A stretch of 63,807 bases of DNA, counting the filler, from Octopus bimaculoides (Eukaryota): assembly GCF_001194135.2 (NCBI RefSeq). It is 7 parts of 7 records of this genome, joined end to end, with 100 filler letters (N's around TTAATTAATTAA, not from the genome) between each part and the next. Parts side by side here need not be neighbours in the genome. Positions count along the whole stretch, not along the records: positions 47,299 to 60,337 come from NC_068993.1; positions 60,438 to 62,600 come from NC_069009.1; positions 62,701 to 63,807 come from NW_026333630.1; 4 more parts are not named here. The stretch is one strand, 5' to 3'. Below, piece after piece: positions 52,450-63,807 of the stretch (positions within the stretch are counted from its first letter, which is position 1; the number at the start of each line of letters is the position of its first letter). The notes beneath the pieces are model-generated. The model saw only the letters and a list, made by a program, of their open reading frames with translations. It did not search any database and was not told where the DNA came from. Position numbers and translations under genes: made by a program.

Positions 52450-53060
52450 CTGTTCTTACAGCCACTCCTACGCCTATGCTGGGTATTTCAATAAAATCTT
52501 AATTCCTGTTGTAAAGGCCATCTGTAAACTCGCGATTGGTTGAGAAGACAGCAACGCAAGCCTGTTTCTTAGTGGACGATCTGAAAGTATGCTGGAAATG
52601 TGAATGGTATGAAGAAAAACCTTAATTTGGTTACAAAAATTCTCTAAAGATATAGGAATTGAGTTTGACTGATTGCTGTTATTTTAATGTAAAAAAATCA
52701 GAAGTGGTGTGCTACAGCCACTAAGGGATCGACGAAAATATTTACTATGATGGTATCGTTCACTAAAAACAAATAATCAGTAAATATAATACCAGCACAG
52801 AGAATATATAGACTGCAGAGTTTCTGCATTTAGTCAAATCAATAGTCAACAATGAGATTGCTGTAAAAGTACTGATACCAAAATTTACGCTACAAGATAG
52901 GATACAACGTTAACATCTGGTCTGTTGTTAAAACTCGAAATTTGTTAGAACATATAAGAAATTTCCTCAGCAACAGGGTTGTAGAACACATATAGGTGTG
53001 ACGAAAGGATGGCGGCTGTGGCACAACATAGATTCAAAGATCATTAGCATGTCGCATCGT
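52450..53060 (+). mobile_element. R4/Dong-like RT relic
   Basis: Frameshifted FLVDDLKV(Y)AGNVNGMKKNLNLVTKFSKDIGIEF matches the F(M)DDLKLY...FSxDIxMxFG RT motif. Confidence 0.65.
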
Positions 53061-53635
53061 ATTTCTTCATCAGCATTTACTAAACACCAAATGTTGAATT
53101 TCAGCCACGGAACACATCTGCATATATGAAGCAGACAACATCATGAGATTGGAAAAGGAGCTTTTCAGCAAGCATTCTGTGACTGATGAACCTATATATG
53201 TGTTTGTGTGTGTGTGTGTGGGGGGGGGGGGGGGTGAATAAACCAATGAAGGCCCCACTTGATGATGCTTACACCTGACAGGAAATAACAAATATATTGA
53301 CCTCAAATCACACCCTGCTACCTCATGTATATAATTATGACCTGATGACACATCTGGATTGTAGCTAAGTCTGATATAGAAATTATCCCCAAAATAAACT
53401 CATCTTGCTTATAAAATATGTATGTACGTACGTGTATGTATGTATGTATGTATGTATGTATGTATGTATGTATGTATGTATGTATGCATGCATGTATGTA
53501 TGCATGTATGTCATTATTCAGTTTAATTTCAAGATTTCTAGCCAATAGAGAAAGAGCCGGATTCTAACCTAAGTCCAAGTCACTTTCATTGAAATTTCAA
53601 CATCAAAAGGGTATTTTTTGCTTCTATGTCTATAA

Positions 53636-53971
53636 TTGGCACTCCGTTGCTTACGACGTCAAGGGTTCCAGTTGATCCGATCAACGGAACAGCCTGCTCG
53701 TGAAATTAACGTGCAAGTGGCTGAGCACTCCACAGACACGTGTACCCTTAACGTAGTTCTCGGGGATATTCAGCGTAACACAGTGTGACAAGGCTGACCC
53801 TTTGAATTACAGGTACAACAGAAACAGGAAGAAAGAGTGAAAGAAAGTTGTGGTAAAAGAGTACAACATGGTTCGCCACCATCCCCTGCCGGAGCTCGTG
53901 GAGCTTTAGGTGTTTTCGCTCAATAAACACTCACAACCGCTGCCCTAACCACTGGGCCATTGGACCTCCAC
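53636..53971 (-). mobile_element. SINE family C (with an internal head deletion)
   Basis: Reverse complement of the 13293 and 54039 copies. Confidence 0.9.
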
Positions 53972-54038
53972 TTGTATGTCTATATATGTGTAGCATTTGG
54001 AGTCAGTGTATGTATGTATGTATGTATGTATGTATGTA

Positions 54039-54435
54039 GTGGAGGCGCAATAGCCCAGTGGTTAGGGCAGCGGACTCGCGGTCATAGGATCACGGTTTCG
54101 ATTCCCAGACCGGGCATTGTGAGTGTTTATTGAGCGAAAACACCTAAAGCTCCACGAGGCTCCGGCAGGGGATGGTAGCGAACTCTGCTGTACACTTTCA
54201 CCACATCTTTCTCTCACTCTTAGTTCTTGTTTTTGTTGTGCCTCTAATTCAAAGGGTCAGCCTTGTCACACTGTGTCACGCTGAATATCCCCGAGAACTA
54301 CGTTAAGGGTACACGTGTCTGTGGAGTGCTCAGCCACTTGCACGTTAATTTCACGAGCAGGCTGTTCCGTTGATCGGATCAACTGGAACTCTCGAAGTCG
54401 TAAGCGACGGAGTGCCAGCAACAACAACAACAACA
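54039..54435 (+). mobile_element. SINE family C, full length
   Basis: Near-identical to 13293-13680, with a (CAA)n/(TATG)n tail. Confidence 0.9.
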
Positions 54436-55756
54436 TGTATGTATGTATGTATGTATGTATATACGTATGATCATCAATGGCGTCCAAACGCTATCCTCGA
54501 GCATCAAGAAATAACTCTGTGCATTATATTATACACATCCAGTAAAACAGTTAAGTTAAAGCAATCTTTCTCATTTAACACCCAAATCATCGACACACAC
54601 ATATATGTACATATCTAAATTAATGCATTTATATATGCACGCACACACGCCCTCCCTCCCCCAATATGCTTCAATGTATGTTTGCATGTGGCAGTGTGAA
54701 TGCATGCGTTTTTGATTTCAATTGTTTAGATTACTGTGTGTGCCCAATGTGATTTTAAATAATAAAATTAATTGAAATTTAAAACGTAATTTTGGACGGT
54801 TAAATCTCAATAATATGACGTCATAATACTGAAGTGAGAAAAACGTGATATTTTTCCGCATTCATTTGCGATACTTTGGCNNNNNNNNNNNNNNNNNNNN
54901 NNNNNNNNNNNNNNNNNNNNNNNNNNNNNNNNNNNNNNNNNNNNNNNNNNNNNNNNNNNNNNNNNNNNNNNNNNNNNNNNATATATATATATATATATAT
55001 GTATGTATATATATAATATATGTATATATATATTACATGTATATATATATATATTATATGTATATATATATGTATGCATTAAAAACGTAAAAAACGGAAG
55101 AATAAAAACAGAACACAAAGGATTCCGCGGTACACGTGTTTCAAGCTTTATAGTCGTTGCATCATTTCATTGGTATATAATTGACAGACAGGATGGTATA
55201 AAGATATCTTCTGCCGCAAATATATTCTTTCCCAAGTATTATATCACAAAGAAGAAGTCACCAAGAACAAAGTAAAAGAGGGAGAAACATGAGAGATAAA
55301 AGGTAAGAGTCCACTCGGTATTGTCCAATGTAATATACCTTGTAATATCTTTATCCTGTAAGTTGATATATTTATATAAAAGTTCATCGGTACTCCGAAA
55401 TCTGTCCATATTGTGCCACAATTCAGGGTAGAGGGAATGCTAAATAAACAATACTAGCTTATATGAGCTAGAAGGGGAGGGTCCAAAGAAGGAAAAAGTT
55501 GGCGGTTAAAACAATATAAAATACGAAGAAGAAAAAATACACAGATATTAATACAAAAATAATAGAAGTCAAATGGGTGGGGGGAAGGTTAGTAAAGTAA
55601 GATGCCTATAAGCTATTTAGAAGGGTTGGAGAAGGGTTGTAAAACATAAAATTAAAGAAATAAAATAACAGAGTTAAAAGGCAGGGGGATAAGAAAAAAC
55701 CTAAAGGTAGAAAAAAAGAATATGTATATATATATATATATATATATATTTATAAA

Positions 55757-55814
<58 letters not shown>

Positions 55815-56496
55815 GTATATAGATACATACATACATACGTACAATATATATATTATATATGTATTATGTATATATTATATATTATATATGCGTATATGCA
55901 AATGTATGTGTGTATGTGTATATGCGTGTGCGCTCGCAGGCGTGTGTTTGCTTGTATTTTTTATATGCATATACAGATATGTTTATATACATTACAGATG
56001 CGTGTGTGTGCGTGTGCAAACGAGCGTACACGTTTGTATGAGAATGAATCTTTACTGATTTTAATTTTTGGCCATACTGGGGTGTTGCTTTGAAAAGTTT
56101 CAGACGGTCATATCTTCTACATAACTTATTCCAGTTTATTACCTATTTTATTCATCTACATTTGCGAAACCCATGGAAATTTCACGATTTTTGCTTTTAT
56201 GATGGTGGAGACGACAGCGAAGGTGAGAGAGTGGCTATAAGCTATTTCCTTTAACGTGACTCAACTAGTAGATAGGTATGCCCCATTGCATTAATAACGT
56301 ATGGCTTTTAGAGAATTACCAGTTTATCACTGGTAAAGTTCAAACCTCGATAGAAATAAAACTTGATGCACATCCAGAGGTGCGTTGGTTAAATTTATGG
56401 GGTGTGGTGTTGCAGTCTGGACAGGTTTTACTTTCTCCACTCTCCAGTCTATTTCTGTATGTTCTCTTGAGAACCATACTGCACATTATGTTATGG

Positions 56497-56720
56497 TTAA
56501 TTGCATGTAGGGCAATACTGCAGCTAGACATATTAATTAAAGCATCTTCACTGTCTTAAACACATGTGTGGCAACGTTGCTGCCGAACATATTAAATAGA
56601 TTATCTTCACTGTCTTAATTGCATGTGGAGCAATGTTCCGGCTGGACATATTAAACTATCTTCACTGTTTAAATGCTTGTGAAGCAACGTTGCTACTGGG
56701 CATATCAGTAATATCATCCC
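56497..56720. repeat. Diverged 54-59-bp tandem repeat x4
   Basis: Units start at 56497, 56556, 56615 and 56669 and share ttaa..catgt..gcaa....gacatatt..atcttcactgt. Confidence 0.8.
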
Positions 56721-57799
56721 CAATGTTGAGTCTTATTTCTATGTATCTCGGTGAGGACCGTACAACACATTGCCATGCAGTGCTTAACTGTGGGCGAAAT
56801 ATGTAAAAGCACAGAGCAATACCATTCTAAGTAAACACCATACCAGTTTATCATTAGTAAAAGTCAGCGAAAATCACATACATACATACATACATACATA
56901 CATACATACATCACGATCGTCATCATTAAACTATGTTCCGTGCTGACATGGCTGGACGGTGTGACAAGATACGATGTGTTTTTAGTAGAAAGTGGGTTAT
57001 ACATCTTTAGAGGTGAGAATAACGAGCTGTCGAGTATAAGACCGAAAGATGTAGAGACAGCTTTTAACACACGTCCTTGCTCAATCGCTGGCCAGCGAGA
57101 AAGAGAATGAATTGAGCGGGAAACGCTTGCTTGTTTAATTTTACGCATGCGTAAGACTACGCATGCGCAGGCGTTACTACATGTTCAATGACTGCATTGA
57201 GATCCATTGTCTGCTTTTGCAATTCTTTTTTTCTTACGGTTGGATGCCCTCCCTAATGCCAACCACTTTACGGCGTGGACTGGGTGCTATTTTCGTGTCA
57301 CTTGCAATACTGAGGCTCCAATGCAGTTCGCTAGACGAGCCCGGAGAGAGGTGGAAAGCGGCCAGTTTCATGTTAGGGAACGAGAGGAATTACTATGAAT
57401 TAAGTTCCTGCAGAGGGCTCTGTGTGGCTACTCACACCTAATGGGGGCTAAAAAGTGACGAGAGAAAAAGAGAAAATGATCAGTAGGAGCTGCAAGACAC
57501 ATAATAACGATAAGGTGTCCATAAGGCACAAGATGAGTAGAAGTGTGGATGTGGGCGGTTTGCAAGATTGTATGGGAGGGTGAATGGGGGATGCAGCGGC
57601 ACACTGCCAAAATTGGTTGGATTGAAGGGTGGATGAGGCAAGGGTTGAGAGTTGGGTAAGATAGCGGGATGCAGAAGAGGTGGAGCGAGCAGCAGGATTA
57701 CAAAGATGATACAGTTGCTGAGGGAGGGGATAAGTGAGGAGGAGCGGGAAGAAGCAGCCAAAGTGCTGTAACGGGCGAAGAACTCAATTTTGATGAAGA

Positions 57800-58150
57800 A
57801 CTCAAATTTTTTGAGTACCTCATAATGCTAGATATCCCGGTCCTTTGTCATCTCGTCTGTCAAGCTCAGGGTCCTCTGTCTTTCTTTTTCGCAGGTTCCA
57901 GCCTCATTTAGCGAACAGCACTTCGTTAAACAGCTGTCCTAGTTCGTACGCATCGTATGTCCATACCAGCGCAGTCTTCTTTCTTGAACACAACATCTGA
58001 TTCCTCTTTTACCCAGTTTTTCATTCGACACCTTTATACAAATTCTTTCACGCACACTCACGTTCACATTGCACATCCAGCGGAGCATGTTCACTTCATT
58101 TCTTTTGAATCGTTTTAATTGCATCGCCTCGGTAACAAAAGCTATCAACT
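57800..58150 (-). mobile_element. RTE LINE 3' relic
   Basis: ORF 57939..58148 contains RNEVNMLRWMCNV and VQERRLRWYGH, typical RTE RT C-terminal motifs. Confidence 0.85.
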
Positions 58151-59060
58151 ACTTCTAATGATCCACCTAAACATTTAAGAGACTCAGTTTAAGATATGCT
58201 TGTACGTAATGCGCTAGTGCATCTTCTGCATATGAGCTTGTATTCTGAGAAAGTCTGCCAGTGATTCCGCATCTTTTTTGTGTCCATAGCTTACATAGTG
58301 TAAAGCGTATAAAGTTTATAGTCTTTTAAAAAATGCATATTTTCTAAACGGGTTGACATTGATTACGAAGTTTTTGTACTGGGGTATGAAAGGAAGACAT
58401 ATATAATTTGTGTCGATGGACTATGGTGTAGGCAATTGGTGAAATACAGGTGAAAGAGGACTGAAGACGAGTTTGATAAATAGTCCAGAATGGTGTTGGG
58501 AACGAGTACTGGGAGATGATGTGTATGAGGAAACAAGCAGAGTGCGTGAGAAAGAGTTTAATGAAGGGATTGGGTAGAGTAGCTGGTGAAGTAGAAATGG
58601 AGACAGAAGCTGCATGGGGTAAGACTACATATGAGGCAGCTGCTAAAGAAAGTTATATGGTGTGAATTGCATGTCTTAGTGAAGATAAACGGCGAAGGAA
58701 GCAAGAATATATGGTAGCAACCTAAGAGAAAGTCATGTGAAGAAATTGCTTGAAGCAAAGATGAAAATCACAAAGGTATACTTTAATATTCGACGTTGTA
58801 AGATTAAAAGATCGAAGATTAGTCAACGTCAGCGATATGATCGAGTATCCAAAATGTCAGGTGGAGCGGTAAACAAACAATGAACGAAGAGAAAAGTAAA
58901 TAATGTTGAGTAACTCATGGGAAGTAATTTGAAGAACAGGTATAACAGAGTTATTTCCCTTATAAATAACTAGCGCGCGCGTGTGTGTGTGTGTATATAT
59001 ATACATATAAAAGACAGAAAACCAGCCAACTAATTACAGTCTGTTAAAGTCTGTCATACC

Positions 59061-59100
59061 GGCCATGACGAAGGGAAATAGCCCTGAAACTCGAGTCGCC
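59061..59100 (+). ncRNA. Minimal type I hammerhead-like motif (Penelope tail type)
   Basis: ggc-C(a)TGACGA-AGGG-aaatag-CCCT-GAAA-C-TCGA-G-TC-gcc: 4-bp stem II, palindromic CTCGAG stem III, GUC triplet. One extra or substituted base at the core C3 position. Confidence 0.6.
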
Positions 59101-59559
59101 TTTATATATTTATATTTATATATTTATATATTTGATCCTTTATATTGAACACTCAATATTTCATCTACATTCAATACTTTCTTTCATGGTGCCATCCATT
59201 TTTATTTTATTTTATTTTATATTATATATTGTATATTATATTATATATTGTATATTCCATATTCTATACCCCACATTGGTTCTGCAGGAATATAAATAAA
59301 ACATAAAAAACAGACAGTGTTGGAACTCTTTTAAACTAAATAATATATTCCTCTATACACAATAATACAAAAAAACCCACCTTTTTTGTATTTATTTTTA
59401 CTCGCATATATATATATACATATATATACATATACATAAACTGCTAATTTAATGTAACGAGGAAGGAAATTTCATGATGAAGCTGTAGTTTTAGAGTAAT
59501 GGAGTTAATTGCATACCAGATTGTATCTTGTTTGTTAGATTAATTATTTTATTATTATT

Positions 59560-60336
59560 GTTGTTGTACTTGGGGACGGTCATATTGCCAGTTTTGCCAA
59601 TAAAAACACACGCACTGTATATTTGGTGTTAATTTGCTTCAGCTTTATATCACATTATATTACATTAATCCTATTTCGGCCAGAGTTCTTTCGTCACACT
59701 TCTGTGACCTCATAAGTGGTCCTTTGCTTTCTTCTTTCTTCTGTGTGTCTCACCTTGCTAACTGTCAGCCATTTTGTATTTTGCATTCCTATTGTATGTG
59801 TCTACGCACGCGTATCCTTCAATGTGTCTATGTTTTTGTAAGTGCATGTGTGTATGGGGAGTGTCTGTATCATCTATATCCTCTGTTAATACGTTCGTTT
59901 GTTTTTGTTTATCTATTTGTTCATGTGTTTATATCCACTTTTTTTTTGTATTTAATTAATTTTCTTAACGTATGTAGTATTTAATTCCGTTTGTTTATCT
60001 ATGTATTGTATTATATTTTGTTCACATTGTTATTGGTTTATGGGGAACGTATTGTCATATGTTGTGGTTTGTGGTTTGTTAGGGGTGTGAGTTAGTGTTC
60101 CATTCTAGTTTCCTATTCAGGCTAGGTTTGTCTTCTATTATGTGTGTAGCTTCTGTAATTTGTCTAAGTGCTGCGTCTCTGCTATGTGTGGATAAGATTT
60201 TAATTTCTATGTTGTTGATTGAGCCTCCATGTTCTTGCTCAGCGTGCTGGTACAGAACTGATGAGCTCTTCCCTTCCTTGAGTTCCCTCCAATGGTCATT
60301 TGCCCGCTCCCCTATGCTCCTTGCAGTTTCGCCTAC
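59560..60336 (-). mobile_element. Penelope-like element 3' end: intact GIY-YIG endonuclease C-terminal half (60079-60336) plus 3' UTR/pLTR, cut by a gap
   Basis: Stop-free minus frame of 85 aa, VGETARSIGERANDHWRELKEGKSSSVLYQHAEQEHGGSINNIEIKILSTHSRDAALRQITEATHIIEDKPSLNRKLEW...*, with the (Y)xGET.R....R..H, E...I and P.LN motifs. Not in the ORF track. Confidence 0.88.
59678..59722 (-). ncRNA. Variant hammerhead-like fold in the Penelope 3' UTR
   Basis: Minus strand ggacca-CTTATGA-g-GTCAC-agaagt-GTGAC-GAAA-G-aa-C-TC-tggcc: perfect 5-bp stem II and bulged stem I, but the core is CUUAUGA rather than CUGAUGA. Confidence 0.45.
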
Positions 60337-60867
60337 ANNNNNNNNNNNNNNNNNNNNNNNNNNNNNNNNNNNNNNNNNNNNTTAATTAATTAANNNNNNN
60401 NNNNNNNNNNNNNNNNNNNNNNNNNNNNNNNNNNNNNAAATATTCTGTGTTTTTTATATTCAAACTGGCCAGATTCAGCCTCTCACACCTACTCTACAAT
60501 GTTGTTCTAAAAATGAACAATCACATCATTGAAATCTCAAAGCTATGAGATAATGCATGATTAATTCAAAGCAATATGGATAAATAAGCATTACATCTGA
60601 CAGTAATCTAAATGCTAATGGATTAAATCTACCCCAGGATTTCACTGCTATTTTATTTTATTAACCCCACAACAATGAAAGGTAAAGTTAATCTTAGTCT
60701 TCTATTATAATTCCATTGACATCTTGGATGTTTTATAGGAATATTAACCCACTAACATTTAAACTGGCCATGTCCAACCCAAATATTCTACCTGTCTAAT
60801 GCTCAGAATGGCAAAATCGAACTTATCACACCCACCCAAAATTTCATTCTAAAAATAAAGTCACAGT

Positions 60868-60916
<49 letters not shown>

Positions 60917-61648
60917 CACATGTATACAAGGTCTGATCAGAATGTGCTTAATTGTTACTATAGTAACAGAGATGAAGTATACAGAGTGAAGCTGCTTGGC
61001 ACATCTATGTGTGTGTGTGTGTGTATGAAAGAGAGAGTGCACGCGCTTGAATACATATCTTTGATTTCGATAAATTATCAGGTCTTTGAGGGTGAAAACT
61101 TTACAAAATTAGACAGAAAAAAAAATAAATAAATAAAATAATTAAGAAACAACATGTCTATTAAATTTGAAAATAAATAATAATAATAATAATAATACAA
61201 TCAAACAAATGGCAACATTTCATAATTAAAGTATGGTACCATTACATAATACATCATTGAGTACATGGATCAATTAATTAATTACAAGACATCAAGTATT
61301 TTAAAATAATGAAGCTAATTGATTTATAGATAGTATCAGATATTTCTGATGTTCCTTATGAGATGACCACATGCATAGATATAGATACACACACACACAC
61401 ACACACACACGTGTGTGCGTATGAGTTAAGTGTAGACAGAAAGAGTAAAACAGTACTCAATACCAAAGGCAAAGTGATATTTTTGATTTCAACAGCTGGT
61501 TATTCGAATTCTACGTGTTCCACTGTCGGACACGATGTAAGTTAATCAGGTCCAGTTTGACCGTTGGAAACATGACATTCGGATAACCAGATGCGAAGTA
61601 CCAGCTGTCACAAAGGCATATACACACATTTACATATATATATGTATG

Positions 61649-61681
<33 letters not shown>

Positions 61682-61869
61682 ACACACACATATATATATG
61701 CACATACATATATACATGCGCACATGCACACATACATATATACATACACACACACATACATACATATATACAAACACACACACATATACACATACATATA
61801 TATACAAACACACACACACATATACACATACATATATACAAACACACACACATATACACNNNNNNNNNN

Positions 61870-61908
<39 letters not shown>

Positions 61909-63757
61909 TGTAGGTAGGTAGGTAGGTACAGGGTAGAAGAGATATTTTTACCTACAAGAAATGGAAAGAGGTTATAGCATACAATAAAAAAAGTTTAAAA
62001 AAATATAAACAAAAAAAAATAAATAAAATAATCAGGGAACATAGGTTTCGTTCTTTCTCTGTTTTTAAACAACAGACGTTTCAGCAAAGAACCTTGTCTT
62101 GTGATTTCATTATTCAAAACAACCGCATGAGTGTTACAAAAGCCATACACAGTATAAAATATATATACATATATATATATTAAATATAAAAAAAAAAAAA
62201 AAGAGTGAACATATGTATACGCAAATATATATACTTAGAACAGGATACATTTAAAAATAAAAACAAGCATTAATATATAAACATATATAAATATATATGC
62301 AGATATGTACAAACATTTATACAGCAAACACTATAAGTGCCTGAAAAGTTGACATCAAGTGATATATATATATATATAATTATATATATATATATATATA
62401 TGCCCTACTCTTCGAAACGCCTGTGTTAGAATGGGGGCAGCTGATGAAGGAAAATGTTCTCTATGTGGCCTGTGTGTGTTTTGTACTCTGGTTATTATTA
62501 TTTTTTTGTCTATGTTTTGTTTGCAATGTCCTGTACCAAGATATGCACCTATATGTACAGGTAGACGTAGGTATGCACATACCTGTACGTATATATGCAT
62601 NNNNNNNNNNNNNNNNNNNNNNNNNNNNNNNNNNNNNNNNNNNNTTAATTAATTAANNNNNNNNNNNNNNNNNNNNNNNNNNNNNNNNNNNNNNNNNNNN
62701 ATGTTACCAAATTATTAGGTTTTACATTTTTAACAATAGCAGATAAAGTTGACTAATGAAAGCGAATGCTAATTATCGACAGACAATCCTACAATGACAT
62801 CTCAGTCCATTTCCGATGACGGAAATTGAACCAATAATCGGAAAGCGTATCCACATCTCTTTTTTTTTTTCCTGCCTCTGCTTCTTCTTAATCTTCATTC
62901 ATTTTCTTCTTTGTTTTTTACTTTTTACTTTATTCTTGCTTTTTTTTTTTTGTCTTTTTGTTTTGTTGGGTTTTTTTTTTTTTGTTTCTTTGTTGTTATT
63001 TTCCACCGTTTATCCGCTGCGTCCATTTTGCGGTCTTATGTAACAACAGATTTCTATACGACATAGATATTCGCTCGAGAAGGAAATCTTTTCTCTTTTG
63101 CATCTTTTTTTCTGCAGAAGCATGGCAGCAACGACAATAATAATCACCATAATTAGATAATTTATTTTATTTTCATAAATTAGAAGCAACCGCTGTGATT
63201 CCTTTTATTTGCCTCAGGGTTCACAAATGGTAAGACATTACAAGTGAAATATGAAAAAAAGAAATGGTGAAGGCTTCCATAGAACTGATTATGATAAACT
63301 AAAATGGTCGTGGAAACTGGAAGTATTGCAAAAATTATAGACAGGCGTGGATGTGTGGTAAAAAGCTTGCTTCCAACCACATGGTTCCGAGTTTGGTCCC
63401 ACTGAGTGGCACCTTGGGCAAGTGTCTTCTGTTATAGCCTCGGGCCGACCAAAGCCTTGTGAATGGATTTGGTAGACGGAAACTGAAAGAACATTTATAA
63501 AGAGGTCTTACAGATGTTTCCGGGATATTTTATATATCCCTTCATCGGAGATGGTGTGAGAGAATGGTTAAGCAATAGTTATCCTAGATAAGATATGAAA
63601 TAGAGAGTGAAGTGGAGGAATGAAAATAGACGTGAGATATGCCGGGATATTGTATCGCATAATCACTGAATCTGGAGCTTAACTATGGTCTAGCCATAGC
63701 ACTTACTCAGCATTACCTAACACCTTTGGGTCTTCTTGACACCATTATCTCTCATAA

Positions 63758-63807
<50 letters not shown>

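Larger units (their letters stand above)
180..63807. repeat. Abundant microsatellites throughout: (CA)n, (GA)n, (TA)n, (TATG)n, (CAGA)n, (TCTA)n, (GTA)n
   Basis: Examples at 235-540, 2077-2152, 4626-4655, 30377-30600, 30993-31068, 53418-53510, 55722-55870, 61620-61910 and 63765-63807; many abut N gaps. Confidence 0.95.

Noticed and set aside
11975-54435. tRNA genes at SINE heads
   Set aside because: The A/B boxes continue directly into SINE bodies, with no complete cloverleaf or oligo-T terminator.
62405-62460. GAAAC...CTGATGA arrangement as a type II hammerhead
   Set aside because: No stem I hairpin can form and stem II pairing is poor. Probably a repeat tail, not supportable as a ribozyme.
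22086-62700. Recurring TTAATTAATTAA as a CRISPR-like or regulatory array
   Set aside because: It always sits in a fixed 100-bp N block, so it is an assembly spacer. No CRISPR array is seen and the DNA is eukaryotic.

Overview
This is AT-rich, microsatellite-dense eukaryotic genomic DNA. The SINE/MITE/LINE repertoire suggests a cephalopod such as Octopus (inference, no search run). The only host gene I can support is an axonemal dynein heavy chain resembling DNAH6, on the minus strand. It has five phase-0 GT-AG exons (21185-21286, 13829-13978, 11158-11286, 8236-8349, 5367-5510) that splice into one stop-free 213-aa stretch, colinear with the tail/linker region of DNAH6 as I recall it. The rest is intronic or intergenic repeat: several tRNA-headed SINE families, RTE and R4/Dong-like LINE relics, Tc1/mariner relics, a piggyBac-type MITE, an RT-less Gypsy LTR element with both LTRs, PBS and TSD, and the 3' end of a Penelope-like element with an intact GIY-YIG frame. 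The most interesting unannotated signals are three hammerhead-ribozyme-like motifs (31206-31266 +, 59061-59100 +, 59678-59722 -), inverted SINE pairs that could form long dsRNA (one brackets a DNAH6 exon), and a CpG shift near 22 kb. Six artificial 100-bp N-TTAATTAATTAA-N linkers mean long-range adjacency is uncertain. Most ORF-track entries are artefacts of simple repeats or N gaps. I found no convincing evidence of a wholly new multi-gene system.
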